A DNA stretch of 64,000 bases from Candidatus Shapirobacteria bacterium (GTDB lineage Bacteria; Patescibacteriota; Microgenomatia; UBA12405), in NCBI GenBank assembly GCA_030698565.1, contig JAUYJS010000008.1:86513-150512 (forward strand). The letters run 5' to 3'. A program made the position numbers and the translations under genes. Of the stretch, positions 19,206 to 29,045 are shown piece by piece. Each line of letters starts with the position of its first letter. The stretch's first letter is position 1. The notes under the pieces were generated by a model. The model saw only the letters and a program-made list of their open reading frames with translations, had not been told where the DNA came from and searched no databases.

Positions 19206-20936
19206 TTAAATTTTAGTTGTTTGCAGTTGCCAGAAGTGTTTGTATAGTCCACCATCTTGGCTTAATAATTCATTGTGGGAACCAATCTCTTTAATTCTAC
19301 CTTTTTCCATAACTACTATTTTTTCGGCTTTGGCAATTGTTGATAGTCGATGGGCAATTACAATAGTGGTTTTATTTTCTCTGGCTTTCCAAAAGGCGTC
19401 TTGGATCAATCTTTCCGATTCGGAATCGAGCTGCGATGTTGCTTCATCAAAAATAATAATGGAAGGATTAGATAAAATCATCCTAGCAATGGCTAATCTT
19501 TGTTTTTGTCCACCAGATAATTTAACCCCTCTTTCTCCCACCCTTGTTTCATATTTTTCAGGTAAGCTCTGAATAAAATCATTTAAATTCGCCATTTTAG
19601 CTGCACTTTCAATTTCTTTTTGGGTGGCCATTGCCACCCCATAAGCTATGTTGTAACCAATGGAACGATTAAACAAAATTGGTTCTTGAGGAACTACTCC
19701 CATAAAAGATCGGAGTCTATTTTTAGATAATTTTTTGATATTAACACCATCAATTAAAATTTCACCTTTGTCCGGATCAAAGAATCGCATCAAAAGTTTT
19801 ACTAATGTAGTTTTGCCAACACCCGAATGTCCCACCAGGGCAATAGACTGCCCTTGTCTGATTTTTAAATTAATATCGCAAACTGCTCTATTTTTGTTTG
19901 AAGGATAAGCAAAAGACACATTATTAAATTCAATTTCACCTCGAATCGATTTCAAATCGATTGCATTTTCAGGATCTTTTATTTTAATTTCTTCATCTAA
20001 AATCGATAAATATTTTTGGAGATCCGTTTGATTTTTGGAAATATTTCTAAGCTCATAAATTAATTCATAAAAGCGGGGATAAAAAGAAATAGTAAAGCCC
20101 AAAACCATAATAAATTCAGCTGGACTAATTTTGGATTGGTACATTTGTAAAATTCCAAAAAACAGCACGAAGAACAGACCTAAGTTACCCAAAACACCCA
20201 CACTAATATCGATCATTCTAAAAGAATTAGCATAACCCCACAACTTTTTCATCCAATCTTTAAATACTATCTCTAGTCTGTTTCTTTCTCTCTCTTCTTG
20301 GGCAAATAATTTAACAGTTTCAAAATTTATCAAGTTATCGACAATAATATCCGACACATTGTCTTCTGCGTTATTAAATTCTGTTCTGGCCTTAACGTTA
20401 TTTTTGATTAAAAACTTAGCCAAAATTAAATTAATCGCAAAAGAAAGAATAATTACTAAGGTAATTTGCCAATTTAAATGAGCAAAGAAAAAGATTATTA
20501 CTAAAAGATTTATTATTACTAAACCTACTCTTTTATTTAGAGAACGATGTAGATTGTCAAAAGCACCGTCACCTCTTTTTATAGCACTAATCAAAGACCC
20601 GGTACTTTTTGACAAATGAAAGGCAAAATCCAAATCCTGAATTTTTTTAAAAACAGCTATCCTTGCGTCTCTGCCTGCCGGAAAAATTACTACATCTCCC
20701 AACCAATCTACTAAAAAATCAAAAAGTATTTCTAAAAACCGGATTCCGATAAAAACAAAAAGAACTAATAAAACTTCTTTTCGGTCAACCTTATTAATCG
20801 CCTCCAAAAACAATTTATAAAAATAAGGTTGAATACTAGAAACAATACTAGAGATTATCAAGGCCGACGCAAACAAAAACATTTGCCATTTGTACCGCCA
20901 CAAAAATTTATAATAAGTTAAATATAGCTTCCACAT
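19206..20936 (-). CDS. ABC transporter, fused permease/ATPase exporter (MsbA-like)
   Basis: N-terminal TM domain. 'GHSGVGKTTL' Walker A, 'LSGGQKQRLAIAR' signature, 'IIFDEATSQLD' Walker B. Confidence 0.9.
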   Translation of the reverse strand: MWKLYLTYYKFLWRYKWQMFLFASALIISSIVSSIQPYFYKLFLEAINKVDRKEVLLVLFVFIGIRFLEILFDFLVDWLGDVVIFPAGRDARIAVFKKIQDLDFAFHLSKSTGSLISAIKRGDGAFDNLHRSLNKRVGLVIINLLVIIFFFAHLNWQITLVIILSFAINLILAKFLIKNNVKARTEFNNAEDNVSDIIVDNLINFETVKLFAQEERERNRLEIVFKDWMKKLWGYANSFRMIDISVGVLGNLGLFFVLFFGILQMYQSKISPAEFIMVLGFTISFYPRFYELIYELRNISKNQTDLQKYLSILDEEIKIKDPENAIDLKSIRGEIEFNNVSFAYPSNKNRAVCDINLKIRQGQSIALVGHSGVGKTTLVKLLMRFFDPDKGEILIDGVNIKKLSKNRLRSFMGVVPQEPILFNRSIGYNIAYGVAMATQKEIESAAKMANLNDFIQSLPEKYETRVGERGVKLSGGQKQRLAIARMILSNPSIIIFDEATSQLDSESERLIQDAFWKARENKTTIVIAHRLSTIAKAEKIVVMEKGRIKEIGSHNELLSQDGGLYKHFWQLQTTKI

Positions 20937-21043
20937 ACCAAACTAATTTACCCTATTAACAGCCTTTTATAAATAGGCTGCTTAAAGTATTGAAATACGA
21001 CATTCTAATAACCAATAAAATTATCTAAATATTATAATTAATA

Positions 21044-22027
21044 ATGAAGTTTTTTAGGCCTTTACTAATAATCTGTGTAATTTTTGTCCCGATTTTAGTA
21101 TTGGCCGTGTTTATGGGATATATAAAATATCCCCGAAGACCCGATCCTGTAGTTGGTTATCCAAAGCATCCAGATGCAATTGATCAAATTAGTAAACGAG
21201 TTTTAACTAATCAGGCAATTACTGTCGAAAAAACCATTACTACCACCGATAATCATCAAACTTATTTGATTTCCTATCCTTCTGATAACTTTAAACTTTA
21301 TGCTCTCATGAGCCAGCCAGTTGGGACTCCACCCGAGGGTGGCTGGCCAGTTGTGGTCGTAAATCACGGTTATATCCCGCCGAATCACTATTCCACCACC
21401 AGTTCTTACATCAACACTTTTAATTATTTTGCCTCCCAGGGTTTTGTAGTTTTAAAACCGGATTATCGTGGTCACGATAATTCCGAAGGTGGGCCCGACC
21501 CCATCTTAGGTCGGCTTCAATATGCCGTCGATGTTTTAAATTTAATTGCCGATATTAAATCTATAAACGAAGCCAATCCCAACAAAATTTTTCTTTTTGG
21601 GCATTCAATGGGCGGAGATGTGGCTTTGATGGTAGCCGAGGCCTCTCCCCAAATCAAAGCCTTAGTTTTATGGGCCCCAGCAGTCACCACTTTTCCAGAA
21701 AATATTACCTATTTTATGCATTATCATTTATCTAAAACAACCGATTTTAAAAAACTAGAAGAAACTCTTAATCAACTAATTAGCCAATATGGCAAAGACC
21801 AATTTTCTTCATTTTCCAATGCCACTAAAATAAATATTCCTATTATTTTGCAACAGGGAAATGCCGATGAATCAGTTCCTTTTACTTGGGGAGAAGCTCT
21901 CAATAAACATCTTAAATCAGAAGGCAAAAATATCACTTTTTACCAATACCCCAGTGACAACCACAATATTTCTAACCATTGGTACGACGCTCTTTCAAAA
22001 GACGTAGAATTTTTTAAAAGTTTTTAA
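21044..22027 (+). CDS. Alpha/beta hydrolase (S9 peptidase / dienelactone-hydrolase-like) with an N-terminal TM anchor
   Basis: 'LFGHSMGGDVA' nucleophile elbow and a C-terminal 'SDNHNI' His region. Confidence 0.7.
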   Translation: MKFFRPLLIICVIFVPILVLAVFMGYIKYPRRPDPVVGYPKHPDAIDQISKRVLTNQAITVEKTITTTDNHQTYLISYPSDNFKLYALMSQPVGTPPEGGWPVVVVNHGYIPPNHYSTTSSYINTFNYFASQGFVVLKPDYRGHDNSEGGPDPILGRLQYAVDVLNLIADIKSINEANPNKIFLFGHSMGGDVALMVAEASPQIKALVLWAPAVTTFPENITYFMHYHLSKTTDFKKLEETLNQLISQYGKDQFSSFSNATKINIPIILQQGNADESVPFTWGEALNKHLKSEGKNITFYQYPSDNHNISNHWYDALSKDVEFFKSF

Positions 22028-22118
22028 TCTTTATCTTGGCAACATTATTAGTTTAAGTCTAATGGCAAAAAAAACACCTATTAGGAAAATATACTCGATC
22101 TTAGGATAAAATAAAAAG

Positions 22119-22739
22119 ATGCAAGACATTCTAATCGCCACAACTAATCAAAATAAAGTCGGAAGAATCAAAAGACTTTTGGATTTAACAAAAATAAATG
22201 TTTTGTCATTAAAAGACTTGAATTATCAAATTGATCCACCCAAAGAAACAGGTCAGGATGGATTGGAAAACGCTTTATTAAAAGCCAACTATTATTATCA
22301 CAATTTAAAGTCACCAATTCCTGTTTTGTCACAGGACGAAAATATATTTTTAGCAGAAGTTTCTCCAGATGAGAATCCGGGTAAAGATATTAAATTGCCA
22401 GTAATTAATACTTATGGAGAATTTAACGACGAAAACGCCAAAAAATATTACACCAATCTGGTCAGAAAATATAATAAAAAATTTTTAAATTTAGAAATTA
22501 ATTACAGCTATGCCCTTTGTTGGCAGCCATTTTTGCAAGGTTCTACCTCAATTTTGTCAGCCCGTCTATTCAGTCAACCAAATACTACCAATACCCCTGG
22601 CTACTTTTTAGCTGATTTAATGAAATTAAAATCAGGGAATACTTGGAAATATTTTTCAGATTTAACCGAGCAAGAATTAATCTATCAAGACCGCTTTGCT
22701 CAAAAAATCCTAAACGATTTAATAAAAAAGATTTTATAA
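22119..22739 (+). CDS. Ham1/RdgB-like non-canonical NTP pyrophosphatase (tentative)
   Basis: N-terminal 'ILIATTNQNKVGRIKRLL' resembles the ATxNxxK Ham1 motif. Confidence 0.45.
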   Translation: MQDILIATTNQNKVGRIKRLLDLTKINVLSLKDLNYQIDPPKETGQDGLENALLKANYYYHNLKSPIPVLSQDENIFLAEVSPDENPGKDIKLPVINTYGEFNDENAKKYYTNLVRKYNKKFLNLEINYSYALCWQPFLQGSTSILSARLFSQPNTTNTPGYFLADLMKLKSGNTWKYFSDLTEQELIYQDRFAQKILNDLIKKIL

Positions 22740-22912
22740 AATATTTATATTCTTTTTCTATACACTGGTATTTTGGCAATCGGACTATCCATAAAATCCC
22801 TCCAAGTTAAAATATTTTTAATCAGTCAAAACTTTCTGGCATCCACCAACCATTGTATGTATTGATCCAAAATATTAATCTCTAATATTTTACAAAGTTA
22901 CTTATCTATATA

Positions 22913-23179
22913 TTAATACCTGTCCTTAATATCCAAAACAAATATTTTTGGATATTTAATTCCTTTGTAGGTGTCAATAATCCTCAATTTATGTTTATTT
23001 TCCATTACTAATATTAAATTGGCCCACTCAATATCTTTTTCACAAATTTTTCTTTCACTATTTGAACTTAATCCAACGGAACGAATATTAAATCGAACAT
23101 CATTTTTAAATAAATATTCAGCCGTTCTGCTTCGTATTTTATTACGACCACAAACAACTAAAATATTTGGTTTAATCAT
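22913..23179 (-). CDS. Low-molecular-weight phosphotyrosine phosphatase/ArsC-like P-loop protein, short form
   Basis: 'VVCGRNKIRSRTAE' fits the CX5R(S/T) P-loop. Only 88 aa, so it may be truncated. Confidence 0.45.
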   Translation of the reverse strand: MIKPNILVVCGRNKIRSRTAEYLFKNDVRFNIRSVGLSSNSERKICEKDIEWANLILVMENKHKLRIIDTYKGIKYPKIFVLDIKDRY

Positions 23180-23224
23180 AACTCGATTCTATCCTTATAA
23201 AATTTATTTATTTTCTAATTTTTA

Positions 23225-23345
23225 GATTTAATTTATGTAATTCTTTTGCATTTTTATTAGTAATAGCAATTTCTGGATCGGCAATTTCTTCTAATCTTTC
23301 ATAACCAACTTGAGCCAGCCATAATTTAAAAGGCTCGGCGTTTGG
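23225..23345 (-). pseudogene. Gene remnant with no start codon, ~48 aa ('...SPNAEPFKLWLAQVGYERLEEIADPEIAITNKNAKELHKLNLKIRK*')
   Basis: Reading frame with a stop codon at each end and no Met. Lies between a truncated phosphatase and two tRNAs. Confidence 0.3.
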
Positions 23346-23429
23346 AGAGGGAATAGATTAAATTCCAAAGATTAAAACAAAAAATCGGTTTTTAAAAAAT
23401 CGCCCGCTTTTGCAACGGTGCCGGTGCCG

Positions 23430-23514
23430 GAGGAGAGAGGGGGACTCGAACCCCCAAGCCCTTGCGGGCGGCAACTTTCGAGGTTGCTGCCTTACCAATT
23501 CGGCGCATCTCTCC
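23430..23514 (-). tRNA. tRNA-Ser(CGA)
   Basis: Acceptor GGAGAGA/UCUCUCC, anticodon loop CUCGAAA, long variable arm, T-loop GUUCGAGUC. Confidence 0.8.
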
Positions 23515-23528
23515 AGAAGGGAATAATG

Positions 23529-23602
23529 TGTACCCGAGAGGGATCGGACCTCCAACCTTTGGTTCCGCAAACCAATGCTCTATCCAATTGAGCTACGGGT
23601 AC
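23529..23602 (-). tRNA. tRNA-Arg, anticodon read as GCG, with a non-canonical T-loop
   Basis: Paralog of the Arg(CCG) tRNA at 19081. Anticodon loop UUGCGGA. T-loop UCCGAUC instead of UUCRANU. Confidence 0.65.
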
Positions 23603-23638
23603 TTATAAATTAATCAGTGAATTATATCCTAAACTCGA

Positions 23639-24187
23639 CTATTTTTCTCTGTTTTCTAGGGGCAGTTTGCTAGTCACCCAATTCGTCAATTTATCGATAA
23701 AAGTGGGGGACGATTCAATCAAAGGAATTCTTTTGGCAACAATCTCTTTAATTTTTTCTTTATCTTCTGGATTAATTACCAAAGATATTTGTCGGGGAAA
23801 ATGTAAATTAGTTTCAATTTGCAAAGTTTCCGAACTTAATATTTGTTTAAACCAGAACCGGTACAAAAGAGACCATTCATATCGACCTTCACCAAAATAA
23901 ATACCTCGATTGGTAATTTTACTTTTGATATTTTCCGGGGGAACGGTATGGAGAACATAATATAAAAACATAGCAGCGACCAACGCCAAGATCAAATAAA
24001 ACTCTTTTATAAAAATCAAAATTACGGAAAATAAAACTAAAGTAGCGATGATCGTAATCCAAAAATCACGGTCTTTTTTTTGAAACGACCTTTCGGCTGC
24101 TTCCCATTCGAACAAAACTCTTTCCTCATTTGCATCAGGTGCTTTCTTAACTTCAACTTGAATTACTTTTTGTTGTTCTTCTGCCAT
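23639..24187 (-). CDS. Hypothetical membrane protein
   Basis: Two hydrophobic helices ('WITIIATLVLFSVILIFI', 'LILALVAAMFLYYVL'). Confidence 0.5.
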   Translation of the reverse strand: MAEEQQKVIQVEVKKAPDANEERVLFEWEAAERSFQKKDRDFWITIIATLVLFSVILIFIKEFYLILALVAAMFLYYVLHTVPPENIKSKITNRGIYFGEGRYEWSLLYRFWFKQILSSETLQIETNLHFPRQISLVINPEDKEKIKEIVAKRIPLIESSPTFIDKLTNWVTSKLPLENREK

Positions 24188-24239
24188 ATTTTATATTTAA
24201 GTCTACAAAATAATAATAAATCATTTAGTTAAAATTTGA

Positions 24240-24640
24240 TATACTTGAACGGAGTTCAAAGGGGACGTTTAAATTTGAGAAACAAATTTATTACGTTCCT
24301 TGATTTTCCTGAGACGTAAGAACATTTAATTGCTACGCAATTTTTACGTTCAACGTTTCTGTCGAGAAAATAAATTTCTCTCAGGAAGGGTGCGCCGAAT
24401 GGTAAGGCACAGGTTTGCTAAACCTGCGTCCCGCAAGGGGCATGGGGGTTCGACTCCCCCCTCTTCCGCCACGTAAATTTGCTACGCAAATTAACGTGGC
24501 TGGAACGTTAATTTTACGAAGTAAAATTTTACGTTCCGCTTTATTCACAAACTTACGTCTTGCCCTTTTTATTCAAACGCTGCTAGGAACGTAAGTTTTC
24601 TGAAAGAAAACTGTACGTTCCGCCTTCACTTCCTCCCAGT
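24240..24640. repeat. Cluster of ACGT-centred imperfect palindromes (TTACGTTCC / GGAACGTAA modules) on both sides of tRNA-Ser(GCU)
   Basis: Left of the tRNA: TTGAACGGAGTTCAA and ACGTTTAAATTTG-agaaa-CAAATTTATTACGT. Right of the tRNA: CGTAAATTTGCTACGCAAATTAACG, GGAACGTTAATTTTAC-gaag-GTAAAATTTTACGTTCC, and GGAACGTAAGTTTTCTGAAAGAAAACTGTACGTTCC. Confidence 0.6.
24384..24471 (+). tRNA. tRNA-Ser(GCU), with CCA encoded
   Basis: Acceptor GGAAGGG/CUCUUCC, anticodon loop UUGCUAA, long variable arm, T-loop GUUCGACUC, 3' GCCA. Confidence 0.85.
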
Positions 24641-24659
24641 TTCCTCTTATACTAATTGT

Positions 24660-24914
24660 ATGTTTTATTACATCTACATTTTACGGAGTCTAAAAAATAA
24701 CAGTTTATATATTGGCTACACGGCTGATTTAAAAAAAAGATTTTACCGACATAATGCCGGTTTAAACAAAGCCACTAAACCATTTATTCCTTATCAATTA
24801 ATCCATTACGAAGCCTTTTTAAATCGAGTTGATGCCAAAAGGCGAGAAGTTTATTTAAAGTCTGGCTGGGGAATAAAAAGCATTCACAAAATGCTTGAAA
24901 GATATTTTATATAA
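24660..24914 (+). CDS. GIY-YIG nuclease superfamily protein (COG2827-like)
   Basis: 'YIYILRSLKNNSLYIGYTADLKKRFYRHN' GIY-YIG motif. Confidence 0.75.
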   Translation: MFYYIYILRSLKNNSLYIGYTADLKKRFYRHNAGLNKATKPFIPYQLIHYEAFLNRVDAKRREVYLKSGWGIKSIHKMLERYFI

Positions 24915-25623
24915 TTTAATTATGAATCTTGATCTTCTTTTATCCGAACTAGAATCTCTCAAAAATCTTAGTAGAGTCAAAGATTTTTCTTGGTTTTTTA
25001 AAACCGGGCCGGGGCAATATGGGGAAGGGGATCAATTTTTGGGGATTATGACCCAACCTCTTAGAAAAGTTACCGACAAATATTGGCAGGATCTGGACTT
25101 TAATGATGTTGAAAAGCTTTTTAATAACCCATTTCATGAATGCCGAAATGTTGCTGTATCCACTTTATGTCGTCAATTTGCCAAAGCTACTCCCGATTTC
25201 CAAAAACAAATTTTCGATTTCTATCTGGCCCACACCAAAAGAATCAATAATTGGGATCTGGTCGATATTTCAGCTCCTGGTGTTGTCGGGAAATATCTTT
25301 TAAATAAAGACCGGAAAATTCTTTACCAATTAGCCAAATCTGATCTTTTATGGGACCGTCGCATTAGTATAATTTCTACTTTTGCCTTCATAAAAAACAA
25401 TGATTTCCAAGACACCCTAAAAATTTCCCAATTACTTTTAAATGACAAAGAAGATTTAATGCACAAAGCTGTCGGCTGGGCCCTGCGCGAAGTCGGTAAA
25501 AAAGACTTAAATACTTTAATAAAATTTTTAGACGAATTTACACCCAAACTTCCTCGCACCACCCTCCGCTATGCTATCGAAAAATTCCCTGAAGAAAAAA
25601 GATTGTATTATCTACATTTATAA
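24895..25623 (+). CDS. DNA alkylation repair protein (AlkD/AlkC-like HEAT-repeat glycosylase family)
   Basis: 'WDLVDISAPGVVGKYL' and 'KAVGWALREVGKKD', typical of the DNA_alkylation family. Confidence 0.7.
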   Translation: MKDILYNLIMNLDLLLSELESLKNLSRVKDFSWFFKTGPGQYGEGDQFLGIMTQPLRKVTDKYWQDLDFNDVEKLFNNPFHECRNVAVSTLCRQFAKATPDFQKQIFDFYLAHTKRINNWDLVDISAPGVVGKYLLNKDRKILYQLAKSDLLWDRRISIISTFAFIKNNDFQDTLKISQLLLNDKEDLMHKAVGWALREVGKKDLNTLIKFLDEFTPKLPRTTLRYAIEKFPEEKRLYYLHL

Positions 25624-26175
25624 CCTAACAAAAACCTCTGCCAATCTTTGTTTTTCTTCTAATGTAGCATCTATTATTTGGTCACTTTCTAAAACAGATT
25701 TTGGGCAAAGAATTACATGTAGAGGGTTAGCTCTTTTTTCTGCACAACTTATTGCAGGAGCATAAAAAGGAATCCAACTGGCATTATATATATCCTGTAT
25801 TTGAGTTATATGTATCCTGTTTTTACTATGTGGAATTCTTCCGATTTGGTTAAGGTATGACGTTCGTATATCTCCTTGATTTGATTGTGGTGTACCAAAA
25901 TATAAAGAGGCTGATATTCCCGGGCAAACGGCTCCTAATAATTCATTATTAAAAGAGTAAATGTTAAATATTTTCTGATCACCAGGTTTTAAGCTTAAAT
26001 GCTGTGGGAGTAGGTTTTGTTGTCCAGTTTTAGAAATAAACAATTGGCCATCTTCGATTGGTTTAGCTGGGTATAAAAACTTATAACCTTCACTCCAATA
26101 TATTAAAAGTCCTAATTCGTCATGTAAATAATCAGAATCATAAGGACTTCTGGATGGTGAAAAATTTTCCTTCAT
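25618..26175 (-). CDS. Hypothetical protein
   Basis: 185-aa ORF with no motif. Confidence 0.4.
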   Translation of the reverse strand: MKENFSPSRSPYDSDYLHDELGLLIYWSEGYKFLYPAKPIEDGQLFISKTGQQNLLPQHLSLKPGDQKIFNIYSFNNELLGAVCPGISASLYFGTPQSNQGDIRTSYLNQIGRIPHSKNRIHITQIQDIYNASWIPFYAPAISCAEKRANPLHVILCPKSVLESDQIIDATLEEKQRLAEVFVRL

Positions 26176-26271
26176 AGAATAACTTATAATATACCATAAA
26201 AAATGTTATTAGCAACGCTATTATCAAATCCGCCACTGACTTTTATTTGAGAAATAAGTAAAATATAACTT

Positions 26272-26838
26272 ATGGCTACTATTTATCTATTTCGTCACGG
26301 GCAAACCGATTTCAATCGCGATCAAAAATTTACTGGCTGGCTTGATTCTCATTTAACTGATTTAGGTCGGCAGCAGGCCCAAAAAGTTGCCGATTCTTTG
26401 GCTAATAAAACCATTGATTATGCTTACCAAACCCGCCTTTCTCGATCTCAAGAAACATTAACTATTGTTTTAAAAACCCACCCAGAATGTAAAAAAATAT
26501 TTACCGATGATCGGATAATCGAACGTTCTTATGGTGATTTTGCCGGGGAAACTCACCAAGAAGTAATAGATGGGCTAGGAATTGGTCAATATGAACATTG
26601 GCACCGAGGTTTTTATGATCACCCTCCTGGTGGCGAAAGTTTTGCTGAAGTTGAAGAAAGAGTGATGTCGTTTATCGCCGATTTAAAGCAAAGATTTTCT
26701 GGTCAAAAATTAAATATCGCCATTTCCGCCCATGGCAATTCCATTAGACTTTTTAGAAAGATTATAGAAAACGCTAGTATAGAAGAAACTTGTTCTTGGG
26801 TAATTCCTTACGATAAATTTTTCCAATACGAGATCTAA
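26272..26838 (+). CDS. Histidine phosphatase (phosphoglycerate mutase family)
   Basis: 'LFRHGQTDFN' RHG motif and second His 'SAHGNSIRLF'. Adjacent to eno. Confidence 0.8.
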   Translation: MATIYLFRHGQTDFNRDQKFTGWLDSHLTDLGRQQAQKVADSLANKTIDYAYQTRLSRSQETLTIVLKTHPECKKIFTDDRIIERSYGDFAGETHQEVIDGLGIGQYEHWHRGFYDHPPGGESFAEVEERVMSFIADLKQRFSGQKLNIAISAHGNSIRLFRKIIENASIEETCSWVIPYDKFFQYEI

Positions 26839-28109
26839 TTTTTATCCGACCCCATCTCTTCTTCAATTCTCATTAACCGATTATATTTACACACTCTTTC
26901 GCCCCTGGTTGGTCCAACTTTAATATAATCACTGCCCACGGCTACCGCCAAATCTACCATAAATGTATCATTTGTTTCGCCACCACCACGGTGGGAGGGA
27001 ACTGTCATAAATCCATTATCTTTGGCAAGAATACAACAATCGACAGTTTCAGTTAAAGTTCCGGCTTGATTAAGTTTAATTAAAATAGAATCAGCTGCAT
27101 TTAAACTAATAGCCTTTCTTAAAAGTTCAGTATTGGTCACAGTCAAATCATCAGCAATTAACCGAACCTTTCCTCTGATTTGTTCCATTAATTTTGGCCA
27201 ACTTTCCCAATCAAATTCCGACAACATATCTTCCCAAGAAAGCATTGGATATTTTTGTAGCCAATCAAGATAATAACTTATTATTTCATCCGAACTTAAA
27301 TTTTTATTTTCTAATTTCAGTTCGTACTTCATCGATTCCATTTTAAAAAATTCCGAAGCCGCCGCATCAAGTGAAATCGCCGCATCAACTCCTGGTGTAT
27401 AACCGGCATTTTTAATTGCTTCAGTTAAATATTCCAATGGTTTTTCGTTACTAGCAATTCCGTTTGGCGCGAAAGCCCCTTCATTACCCACATTAGTCGA
27501 TAAACCTTCTCTTTTTAAAATTTTTTTCAAATTATCATAAATTTCCATTTCCATTCGGACATTTTCTGCCGCTGTTTTATTGCCTAGGGCACTAATTAAG
27601 TACTCTTGAAGATCAGTAGTATTATCGGCGTGTTTACCACCTTCAATCATTACTACCATTGGTTTCGGTAATTTATTTTCACCATCAACAATATCAAAAG
27701 CTTTTCTCAAATAAGCATATAAAGGTAGATTTTCTTCATTAGCCTGGGCTCGGGCTACCGCCAAAGATACTCCCAAAATAGTATTGCCTCCTAATTTACT
27801 TTTATTTTCCGTTCCATCCATCAAAATCATTTTTTGATCAACCATTCTTTGCAATCCAGCTTCAACCCCGATTAAATTCGATTTAATTTCACTATTTATA
27901 TGATGTATCGCCAAAAGCATACCTTTGCCGTTGTAGCGATTAGCATCGCCATCTAATAAAACTGCAGCCTCTTTGCTTCCCGCCGAAGCACCATAAGCCA
28001 CCGAAGCTTCACCAACAGCTCCCGATTCCAAGGTGACCGTGACTTCTAAACTAGGGCTACCGCCCGAAGCCAAAATTTCTCGAGCAAATATATTTTTAAT
28101 TTTAGACAT
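26835..28109 (-). CDS. eno: Enolase
   Basis: 424 aa with 'SHRGGGETNDTFMVDLAVAVG' and 'IKLNQAGTLTE'. Confidence 0.95.
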   Translation of the reverse strand: MSKIKNIFAREILASGGSPSLEVTVTLESGAVGEASVAYGASAGSKEAAVLLDGDANRYNGKGMLLAIHHINSEIKSNLIGVEAGLQRMVDQKMILMDGTENKSKLGGNTILGVSLAVARAQANEENLPLYAYLRKAFDIVDGENKLPKPMVVMIEGGKHADNTTDLQEYLISALGNKTAAENVRMEMEIYDNLKKILKREGLSTNVGNEGAFAPNGIASNEKPLEYLTEAIKNAGYTPGVDAAISLDAAASEFFKMESMKYELKLENKNLSSDEIISYYLDWLQKYPMLSWEDMLSEFDWESWPKLMEQIRGKVRLIADDLTVTNTELLRKAISLNAADSILIKLNQAGTLTETVDCCILAKDNGFMTVPSHRGGGETNDTFMVDLAVAVGSDYIKVGPTRGERVCKYNRLMRIEEEMGSDKN

Positions 28110-28150
28110 GATCTATTCTAATCAATCTATTAGCTTTTGTCATTCCGATT

Positions 28151-29002
28151 CTATGTCAACGGTCTGCTAAGCATTCTTTTTACCCATTTTTTCAACCAAA
28201 AATCTTGTAATTGTCCCCAATAAAATCCAAAATCTTTATCTTTTTTCACCCATAAATTACCATAATTATTTTTTTCATTAACTTTAAAATTTCTATCCAG
28301 CCAATTTTGGTTTTTACCTAAATATATTTGAATATACTCATCAATGTAATTGGTTGATCCATAATTTTGCCTTAAAAATTCCGTCATTTCTTTGCCACCC
28401 AATTTTGCCTGGTGATAAGCCCATGGCCAATATTCAAAAAAGATTGTTGGTTTGTAATTTTGGATAGTTTCTTTGGCACCTTCAATCACTGCCGGTTCCC
28501 ATCCTTGAGTATCAATTTTTATAAAATTAACTTCTTTACCACCCAAATCTTTTAGTAAATCATCCAACCTCCGGCAAAAAATTTCCATTGTCATTTTGGA
28601 CTCTCCCCAAACTCTATGATCTCCAAAATTTTCTTCCGATTCAAAAAATTTCATCTTTTTATTTGCATTCCCCAAAGCCGCCTTTACCACCACCACATTC
28701 TTAAGACCATTAGATTTAATGTTTTTTTCTAAAATAGCAAAGTTAGTAGGATCCGGTTCAATTGAATACACTTTCCCATTTTTACCCACCTTTTTGGCAA
28801 AAAGTACTGTGTCATAACCGATATTAGCACCCACATCTACCACTACATCGCCCTCATTAATTTGATCAAGCATTAATTTAGTCACGTATGGCTCATATTT
28901 TCCCAAAGCCACTCTTTGACCAATAAATTTATCATCTTTCAGGTACCAAAATTTACATTCATATCCATGGACTTTTATTTCCACCAGTTTCAAATCTTTC
29001 AT
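28151..29002 (-). CDS. FkbM-family SAM-dependent methyltransferase
   Basis: 'VVDVGANIGYDTVLFAKKVGKNGKVYSIEPDPTNFAIL'. Confidence 0.7.
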   Translation of the reverse strand: MKDLKLVEIKVHGYECKFWYLKDDKFIGQRVALGKYEPYVTKLMLDQINEGDVVVDVGANIGYDTVLFAKKVGKNGKVYSIEPDPTNFAILEKNIKSNGLKNVVVVKAALGNANKKMKFFESEENFGDHRVWGESKMTMEIFCRRLDDLLKDLGGKEVNFIKIDTQGWEPAVIEGAKETIQNYKPTIFFEYWPWAYHQAKLGGKEMTEFLRQNYGSTNYIDEYIQIYLGKNQNWLDRNFKVNEKNNYGNLWVKKDKDFGFYWGQLQDFWLKKWVKRMLSRPLT

Positions 29003-29045
29003 TGAGAAATTTTAACATCATATTAATTATTGCTAGAATTGTTTT

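Noticed and set aside
19070-19255. 61-aa ORF
   Set aside because: It overlaps tRNA-Arg(CCG) completely.
23358-23570. 70-aa ORF
   Set aside because: It overlaps tRNA-Ser(CGA) and tRNA-Arg.
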